Positions 48,792-57,676 of a stretch of DNA of 64,000 nucleotides are shown in pieces. Position numbers and translations under genes: made by a program. The notes under the pieces were generated by a model that saw only the letters and a list, made by a program, of their open reading frames with translations, was not told the DNA's origin and made no database searches. The stretch is taken from positions 33,301-97,300 of the forward strand of contig CAZXAJ010000006.1 in assembly GCA_964638975.1 (NCBI GenBank), given 5' to 3'. Within the stretch, counting starts at the first letter, position 1. Every line of letters starts with the position of its first letter. Source of the stretch: an uncultured Dehalococcoidales bacterium (GTDB taxonomy: Bacteria; Chloroflexota; Dehalococcoidia; GIF9; AB-539-J10).

Positions 48792-51257
48792 TTGACACAA
48801 GAAGAACTCAGGATAGGTGTTTTTGTTTGTGAGTGCGGGCTCAATATAGCAGGTTCTATCGATTGTGAGGAGGTGAGGAAATCAGCGGAGGATCTTCCAG
48901 ACGTCGTGGTCTCGGTCGTCAACAAATACACTTGTGCCGATCCGGGCCAGGAGGAAATAAAGAGATACATTCGCGAGTATAATCTCAGCCGCGTGGTTGT
49001 AGCTTCTTGCACTCCCAGGATGCATGAGCCGACCTTCCGCAACTGCATTTCCGAAGCTGGGCTTAACCCCTACCTATTGGAGATGACCAGTATCAGGGAG
49101 CAGTGCAGCTGGGTACATCTCCATGACAGGGCAGCGGCAACTGAAAAAGCCAAAGATATCGTCAAAATAGCTGTGGCTAAAGCTCGACTCCTTCAGCCCC
49201 AGGAGGATACAAAGATACCAATCACCGATGCTGCTCTGGTTATAGGTGGAGGAGTAGCTGGCATCCAGGCGGCTCTGGACTTGGCTGACGCTGGCCACCT
49301 GGTCTATCTAGTTGAGAAACAACCATCCATCGGGGGCATTATGGCTCAGTTAGATAAGACTTTCCCCACTATGGATTGCTCGATATGTGTGCTAGGGCCC
49401 AAGATGATGGATGTGGGACGTCATCCTCGTATAACGCTCATGACCTGTAGCGAAGTGGAGGACATATCTGGTTACGTCGGTAACTTCAGAGTGCGTGTAC
49501 GGAAGAGGGCTCGCTATGTGGATGAGACGGTCTGCAATTCTTGTGGGAAGTGCGCTGAGGTATGCCCCGTAGTTATGCCCGATACTTTCCAGCAAGGCTT
49601 TTCTTCACGTAAAGCTGCCTACATTCCATTTCCTCAGGCAGTGCCATCCTCTTATATCATAGATATGGAGCACTGCTTAGGGAACAACCCCATAACCTGT
49701 GGCAAATGCCTTGATGTTTGTGAAAAACAATGTATCGACCTAAATATGCAGGATGAACTGGTAGAAATAAAAGTGGGCGTGATTATCACCGCCACGGGTA
49801 TGGATATCTATGATCCCAGTGCTTTAGACGAATATGGCTATACGCGTTTTGAGAACGTTATAACTACTATGGAGTTCGAAAGGTTGATATGCGGCGGTGG
49901 GCCCACTGAGGGCAAACTTATACGTCCCTCCGACCACCAGACTCCCAAACGCATTGGCTTCATCCAGTGTGTAGGCTCACGAACTGAAAACAGAGGTAAT
50001 CCCTACTGCTCCAATGTGTGTTGTATGAATACCATCAAGGATAGCCTCCTCATAAACGAGCACCATCCCGAAACTGAAATATATGTTTTCTACATTGATA
50101 TACGGGCCTATGGCAAGGGATTTGAGGACTTGTTCCGGCGTTCCAGGGAAGCAGGCGTGCACTATATTCGAGGTTTGCCGGGTGAAGTAATCGAAGACCC
50201 TGCTACCAGAGATCTCAAAGTCAGGGTAGAGAATACCACCACTTCTACAATAGAAGAATACGAGTTGGATATGGTAGTCCTATCGGTGGGATTGCAGCCA
50301 AGCGAGGACTTAAAAAAGCTCACCAGCATAATAAATGTCTCCCAGACTGCAGATGGCTTTGTAATGGAAGCACATCCCAAGTTAAGACCTGTAGACGCAC
50401 CCACGGCTGGCATATTCTTCGCCGGCTGTGTTGAAGCCCCCAAAGACATAAAAGACAGCGTCACCCAGGCTGGCGCAGCCGTAGCCAGGAGTTCGATCCT
50501 ACTGAATTCAGGCACTGTAGTAGGCGACGCAGTTAAAGCGGTGGTGGATCCTGAGAAATGCACACCCTGTGGTGTTTGCGCCCGGGTATGCCCATTCGGA
50601 GCAATTGAGGTAGATGTAAAAGCCAAGACTGTGGCTCGTGTTATTACAGCTGCATGTACTGGTTGTGGTGCCTGCGCGGCAGAGTGCAAGTTTGGAGCTA
50701 TCACAATTCAACATTTCCATGATGACCAAATACTGGCCCAGATAAATGCCGCCGCAGAAGAAGAGCCTGAGCAAAAGATCATAACCTTCCTGTGTAACTG
50801 GTGCAGCTATGCTGCTGGTGACCTAGCAGGTACATCCAGGATACAATATCCCACCAACAATCGATTCATACGGGTAATGTGCAGTGCCCGAGTGGGTGAG
50901 AAATTCATATGGGAGGCATTTAGGCTCGGCGCTCCTATAGTGTTGCTCTCTGGATGCCATATAGGAGACTGCCATTACATTAATGCTAACTACTGGACAA
51001 TGAGGCGTGCAGACAGGATATGGAATCGCATGGAGAAACTAGGCATCAGGCCAGAACGGCTGCAGCTGGAATGGATTAGCGCTGCTGAAGGCCCCAGGTT
51101 TGCCCAGATCATGCGCGATCTTGAAGAGATGCGAAAGAATGTCACTCCGGAAGAAATAGAGCATACCCAAAAAGTGCTTGCTAATAGCAGCTCAATACAA
51201 GATGAGAACAATGTAACTAAGACAAGTGCTACAACCCACGAGGAGCAGAAGGGGTAA
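48792..51257 (+). CDS. hdrA: Heterodisulfide reductase subunit A fused to a C-terminal MvhD domain
   Basis: 821 aa with IGVFVCECGLNIAGSID, ALVIGGGVAGIQAALDLA and GGIMAQLDKTFPTMDCSIC motifs, then 2x[4Fe-4S], then FLCNWCSYAAGDLAG...LLSGCHIGDCHY (MvhD). TTG start abuts the upstream stop. Confidence 0.9.
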   Translation: MTQEELRIGVFVCECGLNIAGSIDCEEVRKSAEDLPDVVVSVVNKYTCADPGQEEIKRYIREYNLSRVVVASCTPRMHEPTFRNCISEAGLNPYLLEMTSIREQCSWVHLHDRAAATEKAKDIVKIAVAKARLLQPQEDTKIPITDAALVIGGGVAGIQAALDLADAGHLVYLVEKQPSIGGIMAQLDKTFPTMDCSICVLGPKMMDVGRHPRITLMTCSEVEDISGYVGNFRVRVRKRARYVDETVCNSCGKCAEVCPVVMPDTFQQGFSSRKAAYIPFPQAVPSSYIIDMEHCLGNNPITCGKCLDVCEKQCIDLNMQDELVEIKVGVIITATGMDIYDPSALDEYGYTRFENVITTMEFERLICGGGPTEGKLIRPSDHQTPKRIGFIQCVGSRTENRGNPYCSNVCCMNTIKDSLLINEHHPETEIYVFYIDIRAYGKGFEDLFRRSREAGVHYIRGLPGEVIEDPATRDLKVRVENTTTSTIEEYELDMVVLSVGLQPSEDLKKLTSIINVSQTADGFVMEAHPKLRPVDAPTAGIFFAGCVEAPKDIKDSVTQAGAAVARSSILLNSGTVVGDAVKAVVDPEKCTPCGVCARVCPFGAIEVDVKAKTVARVITAACTGCGACAAECKFGAITIQHFHDDQILAQINAAAEEEPEQKIITFLCNWCSYAAGDLAGTSRIQYPTNNRFIRVMCSARVGEKFIWEAFRLGAPIVLLSGCHIGDCHYINANYWTMRRADRIWNRMEKLGIRPERLQLEWISAAEGPRFAQIMRDLEEMRKNVTPEEIEHTQKVLANSSSIQDENNVTKTSATTHEEQKG

Positions 51258-51397
51258 TGAAACAGTCACTGAAGTGTCTGCATTGCGGACACGAATATAT
51301 GATAGTGGTGAATCCCAAGCAGGAAATTCTGGAGAGGGTATGCCCCAATTGCAGGTCAAACAGCGTCCGTAAATTGCCTTCCAAGAAGCGACAGTAG
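51257..51397 (+). CDS. Mini zinc-ribbon protein (46 aa; below the ORF-track cutoff)
   Basis: ATG overlaps the hdrA stop (TAATG at 51255-51259). The product is MKQSLKCLHCGHEYMIVVNPKQEILERVCPNCRSNSVRKLPSKKRQ (CxxC-x19-CxxC). Confidence 0.55.
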   Translation: MKQSLKCLHCGHEYMIVVNPKQEILERVCPNCRSNSVRKLPSKKRQ

Positions 51398-51519
51398 CTG
51401 TGATTCACCCATGGCTGACATCCCATAGCTAACTAGCCCGGCAATTCTATAACACTTTCCCACTCTGGTTAGGTTGGCTTTAACCACGATTGCGCAATCC
51501 TCGATGTTGCTCAACCATG

Positions 51520-51557
51520 GTCCTAGTACTAAATGGTCTAGCCTACTAGGACTTTTT
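51520..51557 (+). terminator. Rho-independent terminator candidate ending the OFOR-3/Hdr operon
   Basis: GTCCTAGTA (51520-51528) pairs perfectly with TACTAGGAC (51544-51552) around a 15-nt loop, followed by TTTTT (51553-51557). Confidence 0.5.
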
Positions 51558-51665
51558 GGTGATTGACAGCCCAGCCTATTCGGTGTACGGTAAACCAAAA
51601 GTCAAAAATCCCCCGCCGCTACCCGATTTGAAAGAGCGCATGTTAAGCATAATGGTCAACTCACA

Positions 51666-51953
51666 ATGAATGGACAGGGCTTTAATATCTACTGGTGGCC
51701 GAAGGATATCACTTCAGAAACATCAAGCAAGATACTAGATAGGCTCAACTCTTTGAATTCAGCTGAAGAAATAGTCAGTGTAGTTGCAACTTATGCCGGG
51801 CAGAGGGTCTTAAGCATTCGAATTGCACAAAGAATTTTTGGCATGAAGGAAGAATTAGGTAGATTTCAAGATTTACGGCAAGTCGCCGCTGTTCCAGGAA
51901 TCGGTACCAAGAGATTCACCAGCATTATGAATGCTTTTGACGGTCCCGCTTAG
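51666..51953 (+). CDS. Helix-hairpin-helix (ComEA-like) small DNA-binding protein
   Basis: 95 aa. IAQRIFGMKEELGRFQDLRQVAAVPGIGTKRFTSIMNAF matches the HhH pattern. Confidence 0.55.
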   Translation: MNGQGFNIYWWPKDITSETSSKILDRLNSLNSAEEIVSVVATYAGQRVLSIRIAQRIFGMKEELGRFQDLRQVAAVPGIGTKRFTSIMNAFDGPA

Positions 51954-52285
51954 TCCGTCATGTCCTTCTACCCACTCGATCAAAGCCTTCCTTGGCCAGA
52001 CGTAAGAGTAACAAGCTGGTTGGTATCTACCTTCCTTATAAAGCCTTCTCCGCATCGATGACATCGACAAGGCAGACCTGATGGTATTATTTGTTGTCAC
52101 TCGCGGGAACAAGCTCGCTGCACAACTCAAGAGAAGGGCAGTAAAACAGCTTAGGTCTCAGATGGATACCTGCTCGTCCGTCAAGATAGGTGCGAAAATT
52201 CTACCTTTCAACCTGAGTACATGCTAAAATAAGCGAGAATCGTCGCTTTTACTGAAGTATGTAAGATTCACACTCGGAGGTAAAT

Positions 52286-53581
52286 ATGATTTACTGGGCT
52301 CAGCTACTTCATTTTTATCAGCCGCCGACCCAGGTGCCATCAGTGCTAAAAAGGATATGTGACGAATCGTACCGTCCTCTACTTCAAGTATTTGAGGAGT
52401 ACCCTGATGCTCGTGTAACCATAAACTTCAACGGCGTCCTGACCGATATGCTGATAGACTGCGGCCACAAAGATGTAATCGATGGCTTCAAAAGCCTTGC
52501 TGAGAATGGCCAGCTTGAATTCACTGGAACTGGCAAGTATCACCCCATTCTCCCCTTGATACCCCGAGAGGAAGTAAAGAGGCAAATAGACCTGAACACG
52601 CAGACCAATCGCCGCTCTTTTGGAAAGGCCTATGCACCCCAAGGATTCTTTCCCCCGGAGATGTGCTACAGCCAAGACATTCTGGAGCCTATTATCAGAT
52701 CAGGGTATCGCTGGATTATTCTGAGTGGTATTGCCTGCCCTGCAGACTGGCCTGTTGATGTTATATACAAAGCGGAGCGTGAGGGCCAGAACCTGATGCT
52801 CTTCTTCCGCGACGACGTGCTCAGCAATAGGATAAGCTTTCAGGATCTGGGAGCCAAGGAATTCATTGCCCATCTGGAGGAGTGGCAGGGCAAACGCGAG
52901 AATATCTATGTGGTAACAGCTATGGATGCCGAAACCTATGGTCACCATATACAAGATTGGGAGAGGACATTCCTCGCCAAGGTTTACGAGGAGCTGGGAC
53001 CACCCACAGAGCCTCTTGAAGAGGTTAAGCAAGCTAAGGTACTAGCTGGGCAGCATGCTTCTCTTCTGACTAATGGTGAAGCTGCTGCCAAGATACAGAT
53101 GGTCACCATCAGCCAACTTCTCGACCTCTTTCCCCAGGGCCAAGCTATAGAGCCCAGGCCATCCTCCTGGAGCACTACAGCCGATGATATCAAGGCCGGC
53201 AACTATTATCCCTTGTGGCAAGACAAGAAGAACGAGGTACACCGTCTCCAGTGGGAACACCTGAATATATGCATTGAATTGGTGAATAAGGCACTGGAGT
53301 GCGCTGATAATGAGGAAAGTCGGCGCTCTGCTACCCTCGCTCGGGGACTTCTGGATCGGGCGGAACACAGTTGTCAGATGTGGTGGGCCAGCAACCATCC
53401 CATGTGGGACATCAACCTCATCCACATGGGCTTGCTCTCTCAACTCCGAACCATAGTCAACGCTTACCGTGCTATAAACAAGAGCGGCACCGACGAGGAG
53501 ACCAAACGAGAATATTATTACCGCACTGTTGCCGCCAGGGATATTAGAAACAAGCTGGAAGACAGGCTATTTGTGCAATAG
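52286..53581 (+). CDS. Glycoside hydrolase family 57 protein (paralog 1)
   Basis: 431 aa with LLHFYQPPTQ (GH57 region I-like), FFPPEMCYS (nucleophile Glu region), AMDAETYGHH (acid/base Asp region) and CQMWWAS. Confidence 0.85.
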   Translation: MIYWAQLLHFYQPPTQVPSVLKRICDESYRPLLQVFEEYPDARVTINFNGVLTDMLIDCGHKDVIDGFKSLAENGQLEFTGTGKYHPILPLIPREEVKRQIDLNTQTNRRSFGKAYAPQGFFPPEMCYSQDILEPIIRSGYRWIILSGIACPADWPVDVIYKAEREGQNLMLFFRDDVLSNRISFQDLGAKEFIAHLEEWQGKRENIYVVTAMDAETYGHHIQDWERTFLAKVYEELGPPTEPLEEVKQAKVLAGQHASLLTNGEAAAKIQMVTISQLLDLFPQGQAIEPRPSSWSTTADDIKAGNYYPLWQDKKNEVHRLQWEHLNICIELVNKALECADNEESRRSATLARGLLDRAEHSCQMWWASNHPMWDINLIHMGLLSQLRTIVNAYRAINKSGTDEETKREYYYRTVAARDIRNKLEDRLFVQ

Positions 53582-53599
53582 TACTAAAAGAGCAGAGCT

Positions 53600-54829
53600 A
53601 TGTACTGGAGCAATTTCCTTCATATCTATCAACCACCAACCCAGACCGAGGAAATAGTCCGCAAGGTCTCCGATGAGAGCTATCGCACGCTGGTGCGTGT
53701 CTTGAGGGAAACACCTGGAGGCAAAATTACCCTCAACATAAATGCTGTCCTCACGGAACAGCTTGCCAGATATGGGCTTGACGACGTGATTCAAGGTCTT
53801 CGTGAATTAGCCGAGCGAGGCCAGATCGAACTCACCGGGAGTGCCATGTATCATCCCATTCTGCCTCTTATTCCCAAGGACGAGGTTATCAGGCAGATTA
53901 AGCTGAATTCTGATGTTAATCAGCGTTACTTTGGAGAAGTGTACAAGCCTGCGGGCTTTTTCCCCCCAGAGATGTGCTACAGTTATGAAGTAGCCCAAAC
54001 CGTGGCTGAGCTTGGGTTTCGCTGGATAATTGTGGACGAACTTTCCTTTAATGGGAAGATCGGCTCCGTTGAGTACGACCGACTTTATAAGCCAGCAGGG
54101 CTCGGAGATTTCTTAGTGTTCTTCAAGGAACGTCCCTTCAGCGCTGGCATTACCTATGGAAAATATCCCGCGGCAGAACCTCTCCTGGCAGCCATAAAAG
54201 GCAGGTTAGCGGGACATAACTACCTTCTCACAGGCACCGATGGCGAAGTCTATGGGCACCATCGCCCGGGGCAGGAAAGGTTACTCTCCGAGGTATTCGG
54301 CCAGGAAATTCCCAAGGCGTGTACCATTTCGGAGCTCATCGAACACTTCGCTCAAGCGGATACTGTGAATCCACTCCCGTCTTCATGGAGCACATGGGAA
54401 GACGAGATGGCACAGGGCATACCTTATCCTCAGTGGCAATATCCGGGGCATGAGCTGCACGAGTTGCAATGGCAGCTCACTAACCTGGTGCTGCACACTA
54501 TTAAAGAAGCTCCACCAAGGACGTCTGGATTTCCCAAGGCACGAAGACTTCTGGACGAGGGACTGCATAGCTGCCAGTACTGGTGGGCCAGTTGCCGGCC
54601 CTGGTGGAGTGTGGAAATGATTGAGGGGGGTGCCCAGAAACTATACCAGGCTGTAGAGTTACTAGGAAACGCTATTGATGGGCCAACGAGAGAAGAAGCC
54701 AGCAGGCTGTTTCAGGCAGTGGTTAACAAGGCAAAGGAATGGCAGAAATCAGGTGAAGCGCAGCGCCTGAAACAGAAATATAAAGAGGAGCACCCCGAGG
54801 TTTCCACCGAACTCACCTTTGGGGGTTAG
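53600..54829 (+). CDS. Glycoside hydrolase family 57 protein (paralog 2)
   Basis: 409 aa, colinear with paralog 1: FLHIYQPPTQ, FFPPEMCYS, GTDGEVYGHH, CQYWWAS. Confidence 0.85.
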   Translation: MYWSNFLHIYQPPTQTEEIVRKVSDESYRTLVRVLRETPGGKITLNINAVLTEQLARYGLDDVIQGLRELAERGQIELTGSAMYHPILPLIPKDEVIRQIKLNSDVNQRYFGEVYKPAGFFPPEMCYSYEVAQTVAELGFRWIIVDELSFNGKIGSVEYDRLYKPAGLGDFLVFFKERPFSAGITYGKYPAAEPLLAAIKGRLAGHNYLLTGTDGEVYGHHRPGQERLLSEVFGQEIPKACTISELIEHFAQADTVNPLPSSWSTWEDEMAQGIPYPQWQYPGHELHELQWQLTNLVLHTIKEAPPRTSGFPKARRLLDEGLHSCQYWWASCRPWWSVEMIEGGAQKLYQAVELLGNAIDGPTREEASRLFQAVVNKAKEWQKSGEAQRLKQKYKEEHPEVSTELTFGG

Positions 54830-54837
54830 GGAATATT

Positions 54838-56730
54838 ATGAAGCGTGCTTACGTTATCCTCGCCTTTCACGCCCATGAGCCGCTGTGGGACTTACCCAAC
54901 GAGCTTATTGCTCTGGTGGATGACCCGGAAATACGCGATGCCATTCGAGGAGAGAACTATGTCCTGAAGAGGGCGCGGGAGCAACGTGACATATACGCGC
55001 ACTTAGTACAAACGGCAGAATCACTAGAGGCTCCGGTAGCCCTGGATGCCACCAATGAACTTCTGGTGCAATTAGCCTGGTATATACCGGAGACATTTCA
55101 GAACTTGGCAGCGGCCTACAAGAAAGGCACTATATACCCCCTGTACACACATGCCCATCATACCCACGCTGCCTTACTTACTTCTGATGAGATAGCCGAT
55201 GAGCTCCGTCTCAATGTAGAGCTGCTTCACAAAGTGATGGGCGTTCCTGAGCCAAGGCATCGTGGTGCATTTCCCACCGAAGGGTCTGTGGACGCGGCTA
55301 AGTTAGCTGCCTATAAGGACATCGGGATAGAGTACATCGTCTTTCCCCATTTGAGTGACCGCAAGACACATTTCATCGTGGATGGCAAAGGCGACATCCA
55401 ATATCGTGCCTTTGTGGTGGGGCCTGATATGCTGGCGCTGCCCCGCCATTTTCCAGTGTCTCAATACATCTGGCGACCGATAACTCGTTATGACCCTAAA
55501 GGTGTGAAAAATCAGGGATATATGCTAGGAAACTACTGGGTCTTTGCCGAAGAATATCGCAATAAATCATACATTCCCTTTCCCATATCCTGGGAGGATG
55601 CGGTAGCCGAATATACCGCAGTGCTGGAAACTGCACTGACGGAATTGCCTGACCGGGGATTAATCCTTTACATTCAGGACCTAGAGCTCATGGACTTTGG
55701 TGATATCGCCCTTCGGATAATGGAACAAGCCTGGAAAAATGTAATCAGTAAGAAGATCGCCGAGGTGCACTTTGTGACTCCTGATGACTATTTGGAGAGC
55801 TTGGGCGATATAGCGAAGCTGCCTCGCGTCCGCCTGCATCAGACCTCCTGGGCCCCTGAGATACGCCTGGTTCTACGCTACGATGGCCACTACCCACCGC
55901 TTAACGCTGGAGAGTTCAGGGATGTGGACCTCGATACGGCGGTTTTTAAGCAGCTACCATTCGTCTTTTGGGAGCCCGGTCGTTTCCTCATAAATATTTA
56001 CGGGGCAATCCTGGATGCCTTTGGCATGCCCAGGCGACTAGCTGTAGATGCAGCCTTGCTCCATGATACCAGATATGCGATTCCACGCTTTGATTTTAAA
56101 GAACAGGTAGCTTTGCACTACAGGCTAATGAAGCGAGCCTGCAACTGGGGCTGGCGACCTGAAGAGGGGCGCCAGAAGCGCCCCTTCTTACACGGCCACC
56201 GCCTTTCGGAACTTCTTCTCGGTACTGCGCCTGAAGATAGTGCCTTTGCCGGTACCAGATACGTGCACCCTGGTGATACCGCCTATGTTGGGGCGGAGCG
56301 TATTCTGGAATTCCTTCTTGATACAAGATTTGATTACCTTAAAGCTGGCATTGAGGAGGGTGGTCTTGCTGGTGAACAGAAGGAAGCGGCTTTGCTGGAA
56401 ATTAAACGGGGACAGAGCCACCGCGTTATCGCCACCGAATTTAGTCAGCGCGCACTCGAAGCCAGTCTCTCCGTTGAATCAGCAGCGACTCCCGATGGAA
56501 AGGGCGAAGCGTTGCATCGCCTTATTCGGGAGCTGCAGGGATATTGCCGTGAGGTCTTTATCGCCACCGACCATATACAGCGTGCCTGGGGCTACATAAG
56601 TGACATAGATGCCATGATTCTGACCATGTACCAGCACCTCTATGAAATTTACCCGCCGAGATTTCCTGTAGTATTCAAGGAGCTTTTACCCGAGGAGTGG
56701 AAAGCGCGAGAAAACCCCAAGCTGGTCTAG
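54838..56730 (+). CDS. Divergent GH57-like protein (630 aa)
   Basis: LAFHAHEPLWD (HxHQP-like), FPTEGSVD (GH57 nucleophile-region-like) and IQDLELMDFG. The assignment is weaker than for the two upstream paralogs. Confidence 0.6.
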   Translation: MKRAYVILAFHAHEPLWDLPNELIALVDDPEIRDAIRGENYVLKRAREQRDIYAHLVQTAESLEAPVALDATNELLVQLAWYIPETFQNLAAAYKKGTIYPLYTHAHHTHAALLTSDEIADELRLNVELLHKVMGVPEPRHRGAFPTEGSVDAAKLAAYKDIGIEYIVFPHLSDRKTHFIVDGKGDIQYRAFVVGPDMLALPRHFPVSQYIWRPITRYDPKGVKNQGYMLGNYWVFAEEYRNKSYIPFPISWEDAVAEYTAVLETALTELPDRGLILYIQDLELMDFGDIALRIMEQAWKNVISKKIAEVHFVTPDDYLESLGDIAKLPRVRLHQTSWAPEIRLVLRYDGHYPPLNAGEFRDVDLDTAVFKQLPFVFWEPGRFLINIYGAILDAFGMPRRLAVDAALLHDTRYAIPRFDFKEQVALHYRLMKRACNWGWRPEEGRQKRPFLHGHRLSELLLGTAPEDSAFAGTRYVHPGDTAYVGAERILEFLLDTRFDYLKAGIEEGGLAGEQKEAALLEIKRGQSHRVIATEFSQRALEASLSVESAATPDGKGEALHRLIRELQGYCREVFIATDHIQRAWGYISDIDAMILTMYQHLYEIYPPRFPVVFKELLPEEWKARENPKLV

Positions 56731-56816
56731 TTCTCGGGATGGTGTCCAAGTCTAAATTTTGACGCCCCTCTAATCACGCCGCCAGCACACAAGCGATGTA
56801 AGTACGTAGAAAAAGG

Positions 56817-57128
56817 CTATGTCTTGCTTCGCAGAAATGAAATCCTCTGTGCTACTGCCTTGCCAGCTTGGACACGAGACTTAGCCTTGCTCAGGTCTCT
56901 TGCCAGCTTCTCATCCCCCACCACATCCCCAACCCAGTTACTGAAGTCATTTCTATCCTCACCCGAATGGTGACGGAAAGTCTCATCACTCATGTTGCCA
57001 AGAGCCTCTTCAAGTTCGCCGATATTCTTGATGACCTTGCTATCTTGACACCAGAACCGTTTATCATCCGGCACATCACCCAAACGCCTGTATGCTTCCT
57101 CCTTGCTAATCCTCATAATCTTAGCCAT
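56817..57128 (-). CDS. Small conserved hypothetical protein (DUF5752-like, from memory)
   Basis: 103 aa: VPDDKRFWCQDSKVIKNIGELEEALGNMSDETFRHH...NDFSNWV. It has a shorter paralog immediately upstream. Confidence 0.6.
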   Translation of the reverse strand: MAKIMRISKEEAYRRLGDVPDDKRFWCQDSKVIKNIGELEEALGNMSDETFRHHSGEDRNDFSNWVGDVVGDEKLARDLSKAKSRVQAGKAVAQRISFLRSKT

Positions 57129-57190
57129 GCTCGCCTACCTCCTAATTTGCTACTATGTTTACATTATACAACAAAATTACCGAACCACAA

Positions 57191-57355
57191 TCAATAGTAG
57201 TCGCGGTGAAACGTTTCCTCTGGCATTTCCCGAAGTGCTGTGGCAAGCTCACCTACATTCTTTAACATCCTGCCATCATGAAACCAGAACACCTTATCAA
57301 GCGGAACATCTCTTAACCACAGCTCGGCTACTTCTTTTTTGGTTTTGGTTACCAT
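57191..57355 (-). CDS. 54-aa paralog of the N-terminal half of 56817-57128 (below the ORF-track cutoff)
   Basis: AGGAGGT SD, then ATG 57355. The product MVTKTKKEVAELWLRDVPLDKVFWFHDGRMLKNVGELATALREMPEETFHRDYY aligns with VPDDKRFWCQDSKVIKNIGELEEALGNMSDETFRHH. Confidence 0.55.
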   Translation of the reverse strand: MVTKTKKEVAELWLRDVPLDKVFWFHDGRMLKNVGELATALREMPEETFHRDYY

Positions 57356-57498
57356 GGTTGTTGTCTTACCTCCTGTGGGTTAATTACTACTATCGTCTCT
57401 GCTCTTCTTTCCCAAGAATGAGAGAATTATCCTTCACATACCACGGGTGGGAGAGTTGCCCCTCCCACCCTTAGGCCCCTGGGCTATGGCTGGCTTAC

Positions 57499-57543
57499 TT
57501 ACTTTTTGGGGCCGGGTTTACCGGGCATGGGTTTCTTTTGCAC
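57499..57543 (-). CDS. 14-codon micro-ORF (MQKKPMPGKPGPKK) with a near-consensus SD: candidate leader peptide
   Basis: AAAGGAGGTGA lies 9 nt upstream of GTG 57543, with TAA at 57499-57501. A 9-bp GC-rich hairpin (57445-57470) follows. Confidence 0.3.
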   Translation of the reverse strand: MQKKPMPGKPGPKK

Positions 57544-57662
57544 TTCTATCACCTCCTTTTTTTCAGAAATAGACACGGAGCTTTAATTCTTCTTGCAGAT
57601 ATGTTATAAATAAGCTATACTTCATTTCTATTCATGCTACATGAATGATGCTTTACTTTTCA

Positions 57663-57676
57663 TGTATAATTATACA
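57663..57676. promoter_or_regulatory. Perfect 14-bp palindrome TGTATAATTATACA (contains TATAAT): candidate operator/-10 region
   Basis: Self-complementary by direct inspection. It lies 70 nt upstream of the wHTH regulator start, in an AT-rich divergent intergenic region. Confidence 0.3.

Noticed and set aside
51873-52130. 85-aa - strand ORF in the spacer between the HhH gene and the first GH57 gene.
   Set aside because: It has no SD and no recognisable domain, and it partly overlaps the 3' end of the HhH gene. It is kept only as an unlikely possibility.
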